A stretch of DNA of 63,612 bases, counting the filler, from Licmophora abbreviata (Eukaryota): NCBI GenBank assembly GCA_900291995.1. It is 22 parts of 22 records of this genome, joined end to end, with 100 filler letters (N's around TTAATTAATTAA, not from the genome) between each part and the next. Parts side by side here need not be neighbours in the genome. Positions count along the whole stretch, not along the records: positions 29,890 to 37,523 come from OLMU01005051.1; positions 37,624 to 38,814 come from OLMU01005052.1; positions 38,915 to 41,133 come from OLMU01005053.1; positions 41,234 to 43,877 come from OLMU01005057.1; positions 43,978 to 45,465 come from OLMU01005058.1; positions 45,566 to 46,615 come from OLMU01005060.1; positions 46,716 to 48,726 come from OLMU01005061.1; positions 48,827 to 50,357 come from OLMU01005063.1; 14 more parts are not named here. One strand, written 5' to 3'. The notes below the pieces were generated by a model. It worked only from the letters and a program-made list of their open reading frames with translations. It did not search any database and was not told the origin of the DNA. The position numbers and the translations under genes are program-made. The first letter of the stretch is position 1; every line of letters begins with the position of its first letter. Of the stretch, positions 36,464 through 49,371 are shown piece after piece.

Positions 36464-36538
36464 GCTGCTGTAGCTCAGTGGTAGAGCGCACCCTTGGTAA
36501 GGGTGAGGTCGGGAGTTCAATCCTCCCCAGCAGCACCA
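36464..36538 (+). tRNA. tRNA-Thr(GGT)
   Basis: GCTGCTG acceptor stem, TAGCTCAGTGG D arm, CACCC-TTGGTAA-GGGTG anticodon arm, GTTCAA T loop, CCA end. Confidence 0.97.
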
Positions 36539-36564
36539 CCTCCCCTACGGCAGTTTGGCGCTGA

Positions 36565-37655
<1,091 letters not shown>

Positions 37656-37687
37656 AGCACCCAACCTTTGCATGGAAGGGGGCACTG

Positions 37688-38629
37688 TTGGCAAGGGACC
37701 GCGCAAAGGCTGACGACTACACCGGACCGCTCAAGCGTTTGCTGATCGGCGTCCTTTTGTTGTGCCTTGTCGCCCTGTTCCTTTTGTGGCGCATCGACAG
37801 CCCCCGGGTCGAACGGTTCCGCGCTCAGGTGATCGACACGGTCGTGCCCAGCTTCGACTGGGCCATGGCCCCGGTGACCGCGACGGTCAACATCCTCCGC
37901 GACTTCCAGAGTTATCAGCGCATCTATCGCCAGAACCAGGAATTGCGCCGCGAATTGCAGCAGATGAAAGCCTGGAGAGAGGCCGCTTTGCAGCTCGAAC
38001 AGGAAAACGCCCGCCTTCTGGACCTCAACAACGTGCAGCTCGATCCGCGCCTGACCTATGTCACCGGCGTCGTGATGGCCGATAGTGGCTCGCCCTTCCG
38101 GCAATCGGTGTTGCTGAATGTCGGCGGGCGCGATGGCATCGTCGATGGCTGGGCCGCGATGGACGGGCTGGGCCTCGTGGGGCGCATCTCGGGCGTGGGC
38201 GACAGGACCGCCCGGGTGGTGTTGCTGACCGACACCTCCAGCCGCATCCCCGTGACGGTGCAGCCCTCGGGCCAACGCGCCCTGCTGATCGGCGACAACA
38301 GTGCGGCGCCCTATGTGGATTTCATCGAAACCCCCGATCAGGTGCGCCCCGGCGACCGCATCCTCACCTCGGGCGATGGCGGGGTGTTCCCCGCCGGTCT
38401 GCTGGTCGGGCAGCTGACGCAGGATCCCGGTGGCCGGATGCGCGCCCGACTTGCCGCCGATTACGAACGGCTCGAATTTCTGCGCGTGCTGCGCAGCTAC
38501 GGCACCGAAACCATCGGCGATCCGGGCCGCCTGATCGCGCCGGCAAGCCTGCCCGAAAGCTCAGGCGGCCCCGATCCCGAAGCCGCGCCCGACACCGCCC
38601 CGACGCCTGCGGAGGCCGGCAATGGCTGA
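37688..38629 (+). CDS. mreC: Rod shape-determining protein MreC
   Basis: TM plus coiled coil; GLVGRI, TSGDGGVFPAGL. Confidence 0.95.
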   Translation: MARDRAKADDYTGPLKRLLIGVLLLCLVALFLLWRIDSPRVERFRAQVIDTVVPSFDWAMAPVTATVNILRDFQSYQRIYRQNQELRRELQQMKAWREAALQLEQENARLLDLNNVQLDPRLTYVTGVVMADSGSPFRQSVLLNVGGRDGIVDGWAAMDGLGLVGRISGVGDRTARVVLLTDTSSRIPVTVQPSGQRALLIGDNSAAPYVDFIETPDQVRPGDRILTSGDGGVFPAGLLVGQLTQDPGGRMRARLAADYERLEFLRVLRSYGTETIGDPGRLIAPASLPESSGGPDPEAAPDTAPTPAEAGNG

Positions 38630-39295
38630 GCGCAGACACCAAAGCCGCTGGGCCATGCGCATGCTCTTCGGGGTGCTCTGCCTCCTGCTGATCTTCCTGC
38701 ACCTCTTGCCGCTGCAACTCCTGCCGCGAGGCTGGGCCGGGCCAGATGTCATGCTCGCCCTGACCTTCGCATGGGTGCTCAGGCGCCCCGATTTCGTGCC
38801 GCCCCTGCTGATCGNNNNNNNNNNNNNNNNNNNNNNNNNNNNNNNNNNNNNNNNNNNNTTAATTAATTAANNNNNNNNNNNNNNNNNNNNNNNNNNNNNN
38901 NNNNNNNNNNNNNNAGGCGCCCCGTATTTCGTGCGCCCCTGCTGATCGCCGGGCTGTTTTTGCTGACCGATCTGCTGTTTCAGCGCCCGCCGGGCCTCTG
39001 GGCGGCGCTGGTCCTGCTCGGCAGTCAGACCCTGCGCGCCCGTGAACCGGGCCTGCGCGATCTGACCTTCGCGGTGGAATGGGTCAGCGTCGCCACGACG
39101 CTGGTCGCCATGACGCTTGGCTACCGCATCATCCTTGCGATCCTGATGGTGGATCAGGCCCCGCTCGGCCTCAGCCTGATGCAGCTGGTCCTGACGCTCA
39201 TGGTCTATCCCTTGGTCGCACTGATCTCTCACACCGCCTTCGGGGTCCGCAAGATCGCCCCCGGCGATATCGACGCATTCGAGAGCCGCGCATGA
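38622..39295 (+). CDS. mreD: Rod shape-determining protein MreD (split by linker; ends overlap)
   Basis: Hydrophobic; PDVMLAL..W..RRPD; lies between mreC and mrdA. Confidence 0.88.
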
Positions 39296-41133
39296 GACGC
39301 CCTCCCAAGGATAACGCCGAAAGCCAGCGCCGGATCACCCGGCGCGGCCTGATCGTGGGCGGCGCGATGGCCGGATTCGTCGGCCTGCTGGCGCTTCGGA
39401 TGCGCTTCATGCAGGTCGAGCAGGCCGATCAATTTCGCCTTCTGGCCGATGAAAACCGCATCAATATCCGCCTCATCCCCCCGGCGCGGGGCCGGATCTT
39501 CGATCGCGACGGCGCTGTCGTGGCGGAAAACGTGCCCAGCTACCGCATCACAATGGTCCGCGAAGAGGCCGGCGATGTCGACGAGGTGATTTCCCGGCTG
39601 GCCAGACTGGTCGAACTGGACCCCGCCGAACTCGAACGCGCCCGCCGCGCCCTGAACGAGCTGCGCGGCGACACGCCCGTCACCATCGCCGACCGCGTGA
39701 CATGGGAAGACATCAGCCGCGTCGCCGTCAACACCCCCGCCCTGCCGGGTGTGACCCCCGAAGTGGGCCTCTCGCGGCGCTATCCCCAAGGGCCCGATTA
39801 CGCCCATGTCGTGGGCTATGTCGGGCCGGTCAGCGAACGCGATCTGGAACGGATCGACGCGCCCGATCAGCTGCTGCTGATCCCGCGCTTCCAGATCGGC
39901 AAGATCGGCCTCGAAGCCCGGCAAGAGGACCTTCTGCGTGGCAAGGCCGGCACCAAGCGCGTCGAGGTGAACGCCTCGGGCCGTGTCATGCGCGAACTGG
40001 ACCGGGTCGAAGGCGAAGCCGGCGCCGATGTCCAGATCACCATCGACAACGACCTGCAATCGTACGTCCATGCCCGCCTCTATGGCGAAAGTGCCGCCGC
40101 CGTGGTGATGGATTGCGAAACCGGCGATCTGCTGGCCTGCGCCTCGGCGCCCAGCTTCGATCCCAACCTCTTCGTGCGCGGCATCTCGGTCGCCGATTAT
40201 AAGGCGCTTCTGGACAACAAGTATCGCCCCCTGCCCAACAAGGCGGTGCAGGGGATGTATCCGCCCGGTTCGACCTTCAAGATGGTCACCGCGCTCGCCG
40301 CCCTCGAGGACGGACAGGTCGATCTCAACGAAACCGTCTACTGCCCCGGCCATCTCGAGGTCAGTGGCCGCCGCTTTCACTGCTGGAAGCGCTCGGGCCA
40401 TGGCAACATGGACATGCACGGATCACTGGTCGAAAGCTGCGATGTCTACTACTACGATGTCGCCCTGCGCACCGGGATCGAAAAGATCAGCGCCATGGCC
40501 CGCCGCCTTGGCCTCGGCGAGCAGTTCGACCTGCCACTCACCTCGGTCGCCGCCGGCCTCATGCCCGACCGCGACTGGAAGCGCGCCAACCGCGGCGAGG
40601 AATGGGTGATCGGCGACAGCGCAAACGCCGCGATCGGTCAGGGCTTCGTTCTGTCCACCCCGCTGCAACTGGCGGTGATGACGGCCCGGCTCGCCACCAA
40701 CCGCGCCATCATGCCCCGGCTCGTCAAATCCATCGACGGGGTCGAACAACCGATCCGCCCGCCCGAAGATCTGGGCCTGAACGAAAACATCCTGCGCGAG
40801 GTGCGCAAGGCGATGTTCGACGTGTCCAACCATCGTCGCGGCACCGCCTATTCCAGCCGCATCATCGAAGACGCCTTCCGCATGGCCGGCAAGACCGGCA
40901 CCAGCCAGGTGCGCAACATCACCGCCGCCGAACGCGCGCGCGGCGTGACCCGCAATGCCGACCTGCCCTGGGAACGCCGCGACCACGCGCTTTACGTGAA
41001 CTACGCGCCCTATGACGCGCCCCGGATCGCCGTGGCGGTGGTGGTCGAACATGGCGGCGGCGGCTCGACCGCGGCCGCGCCCATTGCGCGCGACATCACC
41101 TTGCAGGCGCTTTACGGCGAAGACCCGCCGCTG
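39292..41133 (+). CDS. mrdA: Penicillin-binding protein 2, 3' truncated
   Basis: PARGRIFDR, YPPGSTFK, SCD, KTGT. Confidence 0.96.
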
Positions 41134-41233
41134 NNNNNNNNNNNNNNNNNNNNNNNNNNNNNNNNNNNNNNNNNNNNTTAATTAATTAANNNNNNNNNNN
41201 NNNNNNNNNNNNNNNNNNNNNNNNNNNNNNNNN

Positions 41234-41459
41234 GTGGGCCATACGGCATCTCGGCCATCTCCAGCGGCGCGCGCCCCGGATGGGACGACGCGAACGAGGA
41301 ATGCCCCGCCGGGTGCCAATCCTGCGTCAGGATCACGGCGCCGAACGCCTCCATCAGCGCATTGATCCCCGCCACGATATCGTCCCCTCCGGGCACCGCC
41401 AGCGCGCCGCCGGGACAGAAATCGTTCTGCATATCGATCACGATCAGGGCTTGGGTCAT
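41234..41459 (-). CDS. pncA: Nicotinamidase/pyrazinamidase, partial
   Basis: IDMQNDFCPGGAL, TQDWHPAGHSSF. Confidence 0.92.
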
Positions 41460-41564
41460 GCGGGTGGTCCTCCTTCAGCCGACAGGTGGTCAGATGCGCA
41501 GCCTGCGTCAATGGCGCCGGTTTGTCCACTTGCCGAAATCCGTGGCACTTAGTACATCGCGGCC

Positions 41565-42479
41565 ATGTACACGATCGCCGCCCTCTATCATTTCACACGG
41601 TTTGCCGACCCGGCCGGCCTTCAAGCCCCGCTCCTTCAGCTGTGCGAGGCCGAAGGGATCTCCGGCTCGCTCCTGCTGGCGCACGAAGGCATCAACGGCA
41701 CCATCGCCGGGCCGCGCCCAGGGATCGACGCGGTGCTCGCGCATATCCGAGCCCTGCCCGGTTGCTCGGATCTGGAGTGGAAGGAAAGCAGCAGCGCGTA
41801 TCAGCCCTTCCGCCGGCTCAAGGTCCGCCTGAAGAAAGAGATCGTGACCATGGGACAGCCCGACGTGGACCCGCGCGCCCGCGTCGGCCATTATGTCGAT
41901 CCCGTCGACTGGAACGACCTGATCCGCGCCCCCGATGTGGCGGTGATCGACACGCGCAACGATTACGAGGTGGCGATCGGCACGTTCGACGGCGCGATCG
42001 ACCCCGAAACCGCCAGCTTCCGCGATTTCCCAGCTTGGTGGGAGGCGAACAAGCACCGCTTTCACAACAAGCGCATCGCGATGTTCTGCACCGGTGGTAT
42101 CCGTTGCGAGAAATCCACCAATTACCTGCTCGGTCAGGGCGTCGAGGAGGTGTATCACCTCAAGGGCGGCATCCTGAAATATCTCGAAGAGATGCCCGAA
42201 GCCGACAGCACATGGAACGGCGACTGTTTCGTGTTCGACGCGCGTGTCTCGGTGGGGCATGGGCTGCGCGAAGGGCCGCATGTGCTGTGCTATGCCTGCC
42301 GCCGCCCGATCCTGCCCGAAGACAGGTCACGCTCCGAATATGAACACGGTGTCTCGTGCCATCACTGCGCCCATGAAACCAGCGCCGATGACAAGGCCCG
42401 TTTCCGGGAACGCCAGAAACAGATCGCCCTCGCCGAGGCGCGCGGCGCGCGCCACATCAAGATCGTTCACGAAGGCTGA
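41565..42479 (+). CDS. trhO: Rhodanese-related tRNA U34 hydroxylase (UPF0176)
   Basis: EGINGT, DTRNDYE, CTGGIRCEK, LKGGILKY, FVFDAR. Confidence 0.9.
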   Translation: MYTIAALYHFTRFADPAGLQAPLLQLCEAEGISGSLLLAHEGINGTIAGPRPGIDAVLAHIRALPGCSDLEWKESSSAYQPFRRLKVRLKKEIVTMGQPDVDPRARVGHYVDPVDWNDLIRAPDVAVIDTRNDYEVAIGTFDGAIDPETASFRDFPAWWEANKHRFHNKRIAMFCTGGIRCEKSTNYLLGQGVEEVYHLKGGILKYLEEMPEADSTWNGDCFVFDARVSVGHGLREGPHVLCYACRRPILPEDRSRSEYEHGVSCHHCAHETSADDKARFRERQKQIALAEARGARHIKIVHEG

Positions 42480-42544
42480 AAAATTTTTCGCAGAAAAATC
42501 ACAAACCCGAAAATTCGCAGAATTTTCTAGCGCGCACCGCCGTT

Positions 42545-43765
42545 TCAGGCCGCCACAGCCACCGGCTTGCGCGGCCGCGTGCGCATCAGGATCAGCACCA
42601 TGATCGCGATATTGAGCACGTTCCACACGATCCCGTTGATGAAGGCCATGTGATAGCTCCCCGTCACATCATAGATCCAGCCCGACATCCAGCCGCCGAG
42701 CGCCATGCCGAGGATCGTTGCCATGATGACGAATCCCACGCGCCGCCCGGCCTCCTGACTGGGCATGTATTCACGCACCACGAGCGCATAGCTGGGCACG
42801 ATCCCGCCCTGCGCCAGACCGAAGATCAGGCTGACCATGTAAAGCGACACAAGCCCCCCCGACGGCAGGTACAAAAACAGCGCCAGGCATTGCAGCGCCG
42901 ACCCGATCAGCAGCGTCACCACACCGCCCAGCCGATCCGCCAGCAGCCCCGACACCAGCCGCGAGGCCACGCCCCCCAGCAGCATCAGCGACAGCATCTG
43001 CCCGCCCACCGCCGGGCCATAGCCCAGATCGACGCACAGGCTCACGATATGGACCTGCGGCATCGACATCGCCACGCAGCATCCCACACCCGCGAGCCCC
43101 AGCATCAGCATCAGCGTGCGCGGCGGAAACCCCGCCGCCTTGGCGCGCAGGCTGGATGCGGCATCGGCCCGCTCGGTGGCGGACATCGGCACCCGGCGGC
43201 GCAGGAACATCGCAAGCGGCAGAACGGTTGCGACAGTCACCACCGCCAGCACCATATAGACCGCGCGCCAGCCCTGCTCGGCCAGCACCCCCGACAGGAT
43301 CACCGGCCAGAAGGCCCCCGACAGGTAATTGCCGCTGGCGGTGATCGCCACCGCGATCCCCCGCCGCTTGAGAAACCACAGCGACACATCCGCGATAAGC
43401 GGCCCGAAACTCGCCGCCGTGCCGAAGCCGATCACGAATTGCAGCGCCGACAGGATCAGCACCGACGGAGCAAGGGCCGCCAGCGCCGTCGACCCCGCGA
43501 TCAGCACCGCCGCCGCACTCAGCGCCAGCGTGATCCCGAACCGGTCCACGATTCGCCCGATCACCAGATTGCCCAGCGCGAAACCCACCATGGTCAGCGT
43601 ATAGGGCAAGGAGGCATCCGCCCTGTCGATCGCGAACTCGGCCTGCACCGCTGGCATGATGACGATGATCGCCCACATGCCCACATTGCCGATCGTCGCG
43701 ATCGCCAATGAGATGGCCAGCCTGGTCCAGGCATAGCGGCTGTCAAGAATATCCGCATCCGTCAT
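42545..43765 (-). CDS. MFS transporter
   Basis: ~12 TM; GRIVDRFG and GLLADRLG motif A. Confidence 0.92.
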   Translation of the reverse strand: MTDADILDSRYAWTRLAISLAIATIGNVGMWAIIVIMPAVQAEFAIDRADASLPYTLTMVGFALGNLVIGRIVDRFGITLALSAAAVLIAGSTALAALAPSVLILSALQFVIGFGTAASFGPLIADVSLWFLKRRGIAVAITASGNYLSGAFWPVILSGVLAEQGWRAVYMVLAVVTVATVLPLAMFLRRRVPMSATERADAASSLRAKAAGFPPRTLMLMLGLAGVGCCVAMSMPQVHIVSLCVDLGYGPAVGGQMLSLMLLGGVASRLVSGLLADRLGGVVTLLIGSALQCLALFLYLPSGGLVSLYMVSLIFGLAQGGIVPSYALVVREYMPSQEAGRRVGFVIMATILGMALGGWMSGWIYDVTGSYHMAFINGIVWNVLNIAIMVLILMRTRPRKPVAVAA

Positions 43766-43977
43766 GGCGTGACGTTAGTGCGGCGCGCAGGCGCGCACCA
43801 GTCCGATTTGCGCCCCCGGCCACATGTCGGTCGCGCCCTCGTTTCGCGGCCCTCTTTGCGGCAGGGCTTGGCCTCGANNNNNNNNNNNNNNNNNNNNNNN
43901 NNNNNNNNNNNNNNNNNNNNNTTAATTAATTAANNNNNNNNNNNNNNNNNNNNNNNNNNNNNNNNNNNNNNNNNNNN

Positions 43978-44936
43978 TGACATCCACGCCCCGCCCTGCC
44001 GATATCGCCCGCGATGTGCTCACCATCGAGCGCGACGCCTTGGGCACCTTGCTGGAGGCCCTGCCGCATGATTTCGACGCGGTGGTCGAGCTGCTGCTGA
44101 CGGTTCCGGGCCGGGTGATCGTGTCCGGCATGGGCAAATCGGGGCATGTGGCCGCCAAGATCGCCGCCACCATGGCCAGCACCGGATCGCCCGCGCAATA
44201 TGTCCATCCCGGCGAGGCCAGCCATGGCGATCTGGGCATGATCACCGCTCAGGACGCGGTGATCCTGATCTCCAATTCCGGCGAAACCCGGGAACTGGCC
44301 GACATCATCGCCCATACAAGGCGCTTTTCGATCCCGCTGATCGGCATCACCAAACGCGCCGACAGCACGCTCGGCACCCAGTCCGATCATCTTCTCGCCC
44401 TGCCCGACGCGCCCGAAGCCTGCGCCATCGGCATGGCCCCCACCACCTCGACCACGCTGACCATGGCGCTTGGCGATGCGCTGGCCGTGGCGCTGATGCA
44501 TCTGCGTGGCTTCGAACGTGAGAATTTCCTGGCCTTCCATCCCGGCGGCACGCTCGGGGCGCAATTGCTCAAGGTCTCCTCGGTGATGCATAGCGGCGCG
44601 GACCTGCCCGTGGTCCATGCCGACACGCCGATGGGCGACACGCTGCTGGAAATGACCGCCAAGGGCTTCGGCGTGGCCGCCCTGGTCGAAGAGGGTCGCC
44701 TGATCGGCGTCATCACCGATGGCGACCTGCGCCGCAATCTGACCAATCTGATGGAGCGCACCGCCGGCGAGGTGGCCACCCGCGGCCCGCGCACCATCTC
44801 GCCGGACGCGCTCCTGTCCGAAGCCCTCGGCGTGATGAATGCCAACAAGATCAGCGCGCTCTTCGCCGTGGATGACGCAGGCACCCTGCGCGGCCTCGTC
44901 CATATTCACGACGCCCTGCGCGCCGGCGTCGCCTGA
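43978..44936 (+). CDS. kdsD: KpsF/GutQ arabinose-5-phosphate isomerase (start at linker edge)
   Basis: GMGKSG, EASHGDLG, SNSGET, PTTST, HPGG, CBS pair. Confidence 0.9.
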
Positions 44937-44999
44937 AAGCGGCCCTTCGTGATCGCCCCCCGCAATGATCAAGGCAGTGGCGTTCCCGCGCCCGACTTG

Positions 45000-45117
45000 C
45001 TAAAGCGTTGCGCGAAAACCCTCAATAGCAGCCTTTCGCGAACCGCCGTGCTGCCTGCAATCGTTGCACGCGTTCCACCTGTCGCTGATCTCTCAGGTCA
45101 AAGGCGGAACGCTCCAA
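45000..45117. repeat. ~118-bp MITE/RIME-like element, copy 4
   Basis: CTAAAGCGTT start; GCGTTCCACCT...AAAGGCGGAACGC hairpin; same orientation as copy 1. Confidence 0.87.
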
Positions 45118-45153
45118 TCAGACCCGCAACCCCCTTGATCAGGTGACCAGACC

Positions 45154-45465
45154 ATGAGCGCAACCGCCAAGAAAACCGCCCCCCTGCCCGATGACATCAA
45201 GATGATGAAAGGCAGCACGCCGATCGTCAGCCTGACGGCCTATACCACGCCAATGGCCCGGATGATGGACGGGGTCTGCGATTTCGCCCTGGTGGGCGAT
45301 TCGGTGGGCATGGTGCTGCACGGGATGCCCTCGACCCTCGGGGTGACCATGGAGATGATGATCCTCCATGGTCAGGCGGTGGCCCGCGGGCTGACCACCA
45401 CCATGCTGGTGATCGACATGCCCTTCGGCTCTTACGAGGAAAGCCCCGAACAGGCCTTCGCCAAT
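45154..45465 (+). CDS. panB: 3-methyl-2-oxobutanoate hydroxymethyltransferase, partial
   Basis: [19 protein letters not shown]. Confidence 0.95.
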
Positions 45466-45565
45466 NNNNNNNNNNNNNNNNNNNNNNNNNNNNNNNNNNN
45501 NNNNNNNNNTTAATTAATTAANNNNNNNNNNNNNNNNNNNNNNNNNNNNNNNNNNNNNNNNNNNN

Positions 45566-45728
45566 CGCCATCGCCCGGCTCGAATTGGCGGGCTTCACAC
45601 AGGTCGACTATCTCGAGATCCGCGCCAATGACGACCTGTCGCTGCTCGACACCCCCAGCCGCCCCGCGCGCCTGTTCGCGGCCGCATGGCTGGCCGGTGT
45701 GCGGCTGATCGACAACATCGCGATCTGA
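45566..45728 (+). CDS. panC: Pantoate-beta-alanine ligase, 3' fragment
   Basis: VDYLEIR...ARLFAAAWLAGVRLIDNIAI*. Confidence 0.9.
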
Positions 45729-45742
45729 AAGCCCCTCCCCGG

Positions 45743-45819
45743 CTTCACCGTTCCCGAAATACTCATGTCGCAGCCTCTGCCACGGGGTGCAGGAGAGGAG
45801 TATTTTTGGAATGATGAAA
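45743..45819. repeat. Inverted pair of 22-bp REP-like motifs
   Basis: CTTCACCGTTCCCGAAATACTC ... GAGTATTTTTGGAATGATGAAA. Confidence 0.7.
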
Positions 45820-45830
45820 CGCAGCCCGGA

Positions 45831-46615
45831 TCAGTCGGTCAGAAGCTCGTGCAGCGCCAGCGCCATGACGGTCGCGGATTGCATCATGTCCTCGACCCCC
45901 ACCCATTCGTCGGGCTTGTGCGCCAGATCAAGGATGCCCGGCCCATAGGCGATGCAGTTCTTCAGGCGTCCGATGCGGTCGATATGTTTCTGGTCATAGG
46001 TGCCGGGGCTGACCACGTATTCGGCCTCACGGTCGAAGACGGCGCGGACGGCGCGCGCCACGGCGCCCACCACGGGGGCGTCGCGGCTGGTCATGGTGGG
46101 CAGCACCCGGTGCAATTCGCGAATGTCATAGTCGAACCCGGCCCGCCCCGCGCGCAGCGTCTCGAGTAGCGCGCGGATTTCGGCCTCGACCTCGGCGATA
46201 TCCTCTTCGATGAGAAAGCGGCGGTCGATCACCATGCGGCAGCGGTCCGGCACGCAAGGCGCAGGCAGGCCAGTGTCGTCCTCGGGCGGTTCGGGCGCGC
46301 CGCCATGGATCGAGTTGATGTTCAGCGTGGATTGCCGCGCGCCTTCGGGGACCACCGGCATCTCGGTGCGCTTTTGGGCGAGCGCCGGGAAAAGGCTGGC
46401 TTCCATCTCGGCGATCACGGCGCCCATGTGGCGCACCGCGCAATCGCCCAGAAACGGCATCGAGCCATGGGCGATCTCGCCCTTGGTTTCGATCTCGGCC
46501 CACCAGACGCCGCGATGACCCAGGCAGATGCGGTCGTTGTTGAGCGGTTCGGGGATGATGACATGCTGTACGCGGTCAGGGTCGAACCAGCCACGCTCGG
46601 CCAGATAGGCCACGC
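45831..46615 (-). CDS. M20 ArgE/DapE-family deacylase, 3' part
   Basis: IIPEP, GHRG, AHGSMP, GTYDQKH, YGPG..AHKPDE. Confidence 0.88.
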
Positions 46616-46715
46616 NNNNNNNNNNNNNNNNNNNNNNNNNNNNNNNNNNNNNNNNNNNNTTAATTAATTAANNNNNNNNNNNNNNNNNNNNNNNNNNNNN
46701 NNNNNNNNNNNNNNN

Positions 46716-46935
46716 CCAGCACCTCGGCCTGCAGCCCCGGCTGATCCGCCACGCCGCGCGCCGCAAGACAGCGCTCCACGAACTGTGCCGCCCCGTGGCC
46801 CACATAGCTGCGCGTCTGCTCGAGTGTCAGCGGCTCCAGCCCATGGCGCGCGATCACCGAGCCTGCAGCGGCGCAGATGTCGGGCGCGCTGTCCACCAGC
46901 GTGCCATCGAGATCGAAGATGACAGCGCCGCTCAT
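46716..46935 (-). CDS. gph: Phosphoglycolate phosphatase (HAD), partial
   Basis: IFDLDGTLVDSAPD; overlaps the rpe stop. Confidence 0.82.
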
Positions 46936-47621
46936 GCCATGGTCGCGCAGGCGGCCTTGATGGCGCGGATATTGTCACCATAAGGCGCCGGGTTGCTCAC
47001 GCTGCCGCCCTTGAACACCGCCGATCCCGCCACCAGCACATCGGCGCCGGCCTGGGTCATCAACGGGGCGGTTTCCGGCGTGATGCCGCCATCGATCTCG
47101 ATATGGATGGGCCGGTCGCCGATCATCTGGCGCAGGCGGCGAACCTTCTCGATCTGGCTGTGGATGAATTTCTGCCCCCCGAAGCCCGGATTCACCGTCA
47201 TCACGCAGATCAGGTCCACCATATCCAGCAGATGCTCGATATCGCCGATGCCGGTGCCGGGGTTCAGCGCCAGACCGGCCTTGCAGCCCGCGCCGCGAAT
47301 GGCCTGCAGGGTGCGGTGGACATGCGGTCCGGCCTCCAGATGGGCGGTCAGGATATCGGCGCCCGCATCGGCGAAGGCGTCGATATAGGGATCGACCGGC
47401 GCGATCATCAGATGCACATCCATCACCGTCTTGATATGCGGGCGGATCGCGGCGCACATCGGCGGCCCGAAGGTCAGGTTGGGAACGAAATGCCCATCCA
47501 TCACATCGACATGGATCCAATCCGCGCCCTCGGCTTCCACCGCCCTGATCTCGGCGCCGAAATTGGCGAAATCGGCGGACAGGATCGACGGGGCGATTTT
47601 CAGGGAACGGTCGAATGTCAT
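46932..47621 (-). CDS. rpe: Ribulose-phosphate 3-epimerase
   Basis: APSILSADF, HVDVMDGHFVPN, MTVNPGFGGQ, DGG. Confidence 0.98.
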   Translation of the reverse strand: MTFDRSLKIAPSILSADFANFGAEIRAVEAEGADWIHVDVMDGHFVPNLTFGPPMCAAIRPHIKTVMDVHLMIAPVDPYIDAFADAGADILTAHLEAGPHVHRTLQAIRGAGCKAGLALNPGTGIGDIEHLLDMVDLICVMTVNPGFGGQKFIHSQIEKVRRLRQMIGDRPIHIEIDGGITPETAPLMTQAGADVLVAGSAVFKGGSVSNPAPYGDNIRAIKAACATMA

Positions 47622-47753
47622 GACGGCACCTCCTTGGTCGTCCTGCACATGCGGCCTGATCGGGCCAAGGTCAAGACCCCGGCGGAATTGATCCCGCTCC
47701 ACTTTCGTGCCACGGTCACCGTCACCGCGCGACAGGCAGGAGACAGGACGCCG

Positions 47754-48726
47754 ATGAAAGGCATGATGCAGCATCGCCCGCTGAGGATCATCGACATCCT
47801 GATCCATGCCGCCGAAGCCTTTGCCGAACAGGGCATCGTCTCGGCCCGCGACACAGGCGACATCCACAGCCAGAGCTATCCGCAAACGCTCGCGCGCACA
47901 GCACGGGCCGCCCATGCGCTGCGCGCCTTGGGCATCGCGCAAGGCGACCGCGTCGCCACGCTGGCATGGAACGGCCACCGCCATGTGGAGCTCTATTACG
48001 CCATTTCCGGCATGGGCGCGGTGTGCCACACGCTCAACCCCCGCCTGCCCGCCGAACAGCTGGCCTATATGATCGCCCATGCCGAGGACCGCATCCTCTG
48101 TGTCGATGCCAGCCTCGTGCCCGTGGCCGAGACGCTGCGCGATGCGCTGCCCGAAGGGGTGCGCGTGATCGTGCTGACCGATGCCGACGCGATGCCCGAC
48201 ACGCCGCTTGATACGCTGTGCTACGAGGATCTGCTGCAGGGCCAGCCCGATACATTCGACTGGCCCCACCTGCCCGAGGACACCGCCTCGGGGCTGTGCT
48301 ATACATCCGGGACAACCGGCCACCCCAAGGGCGCGCTTTATTCGCAGCGCTCGACCGTGCTTCATGCGCTGACCGTTCCGCTGGCGCAGACCTCCAGCTT
48401 TGTTGCCGGGCGGCGGATGATGCCCGTGGTGCCGATGTTCCATGTCAACGCCTGGGGCCTGCCCTATACCGCGCCGCTCACCGGCATGACGCTGGTGATG
48501 CCCGGCCCGCATCTCGATGGCGCCAGCCTGTGGCGGCTGATGGAGGATCAACAAGTCTATTCCTCGTGGGGCGTGCCGACCGTCTGGGCCGGGCTCTTGT
48601 CGGAAATCATCGCGCAGGGCCGCGCGCCCACGGCCTTTCGCGACCTGATCGTGGGCGGATCGGCGGCCCCCCCGTCGATGATCGAGGCCTACGAAGGGTA
48701 CGGCGTCACCGTCTCGCAGGCTTGGG
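47754..48726 (+). CDS. AMP-binding acyl-CoA ligase (medium/long-chain, DmdB/AlkK-like), partial
   Basis: YTSGTTGHPKG, PMFHVNAWG, GVPTVW, GGSA. Confidence 0.88.
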
Positions 48727-48826
48727 NNNNNNNNNNNNNNNNNNNNNNNNNNNNNNNNNNNNNNNNNNNNTTAATTAATTAANNNNNNNNNNNNNNNNNN
48801 NNNNNNNNNNNNNNNNNNNNNNNNNN

Positions 48827-49371
48827 GCCAACTGGATCGCTGGACCAAGCAATATCGCGCGACGCAAACCGACGATCTGCCCGAGATGGACGCGCTGATC
48901 GGCTGGCTCGGTGCCAACATGCCCGCCGATGACGGCCAGCGCCGCCTCGTGCATGGCGATTACCGGCTCGACAACCTGCTGTTCGCGCCCGACAGCCCCC
49001 GGATCGCCGCCGTGCTGGACTGGGAGCTGTCGACCATCGGCCACCCCTATGCCGACCTCGCCGCCGTCATCATGCAATGGTCGATGCCCCACACCGCCGA
49101 AGGGCGCGGGCTGGCCGGGGTCGACCGCGCCGCCCTCGGGCTGTGGGAGGATGCGCGCTTCATCGACGCCTATTGCGCCCGGCGCGGCCTACCGGGGATC
49201 GAACGGTTTGAGTTTTACCTCGCCTTCTGTCATTTCCGCATGGCCGCGATCCTTCAGGGGGTCCGCAAACGTGCCCTTGATGGCAACGCGTCCGATCCCG
49301 AACGCGGCCTGCAACTGGGTGCATATGTTCCGCAATTCGCCCGTCAGGGGCTCGAGGCAACCCGCAGATGA
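48827..49371 (+). CDS. Phosphotransferase (APH/ACAD10-11 N-terminal-like), 3' part
   Basis: HGDYRLDN, VLDWELSTIGHP, FRMAAILQG. Confidence 0.88.

Noticed and set aside
46932..48554. 540-aa apparent Rpe fusion (and the 559-aa ligase extension)
   Set aside because: Extensions are antisense to the divergent neighbour; true starts are 47621 and 47754
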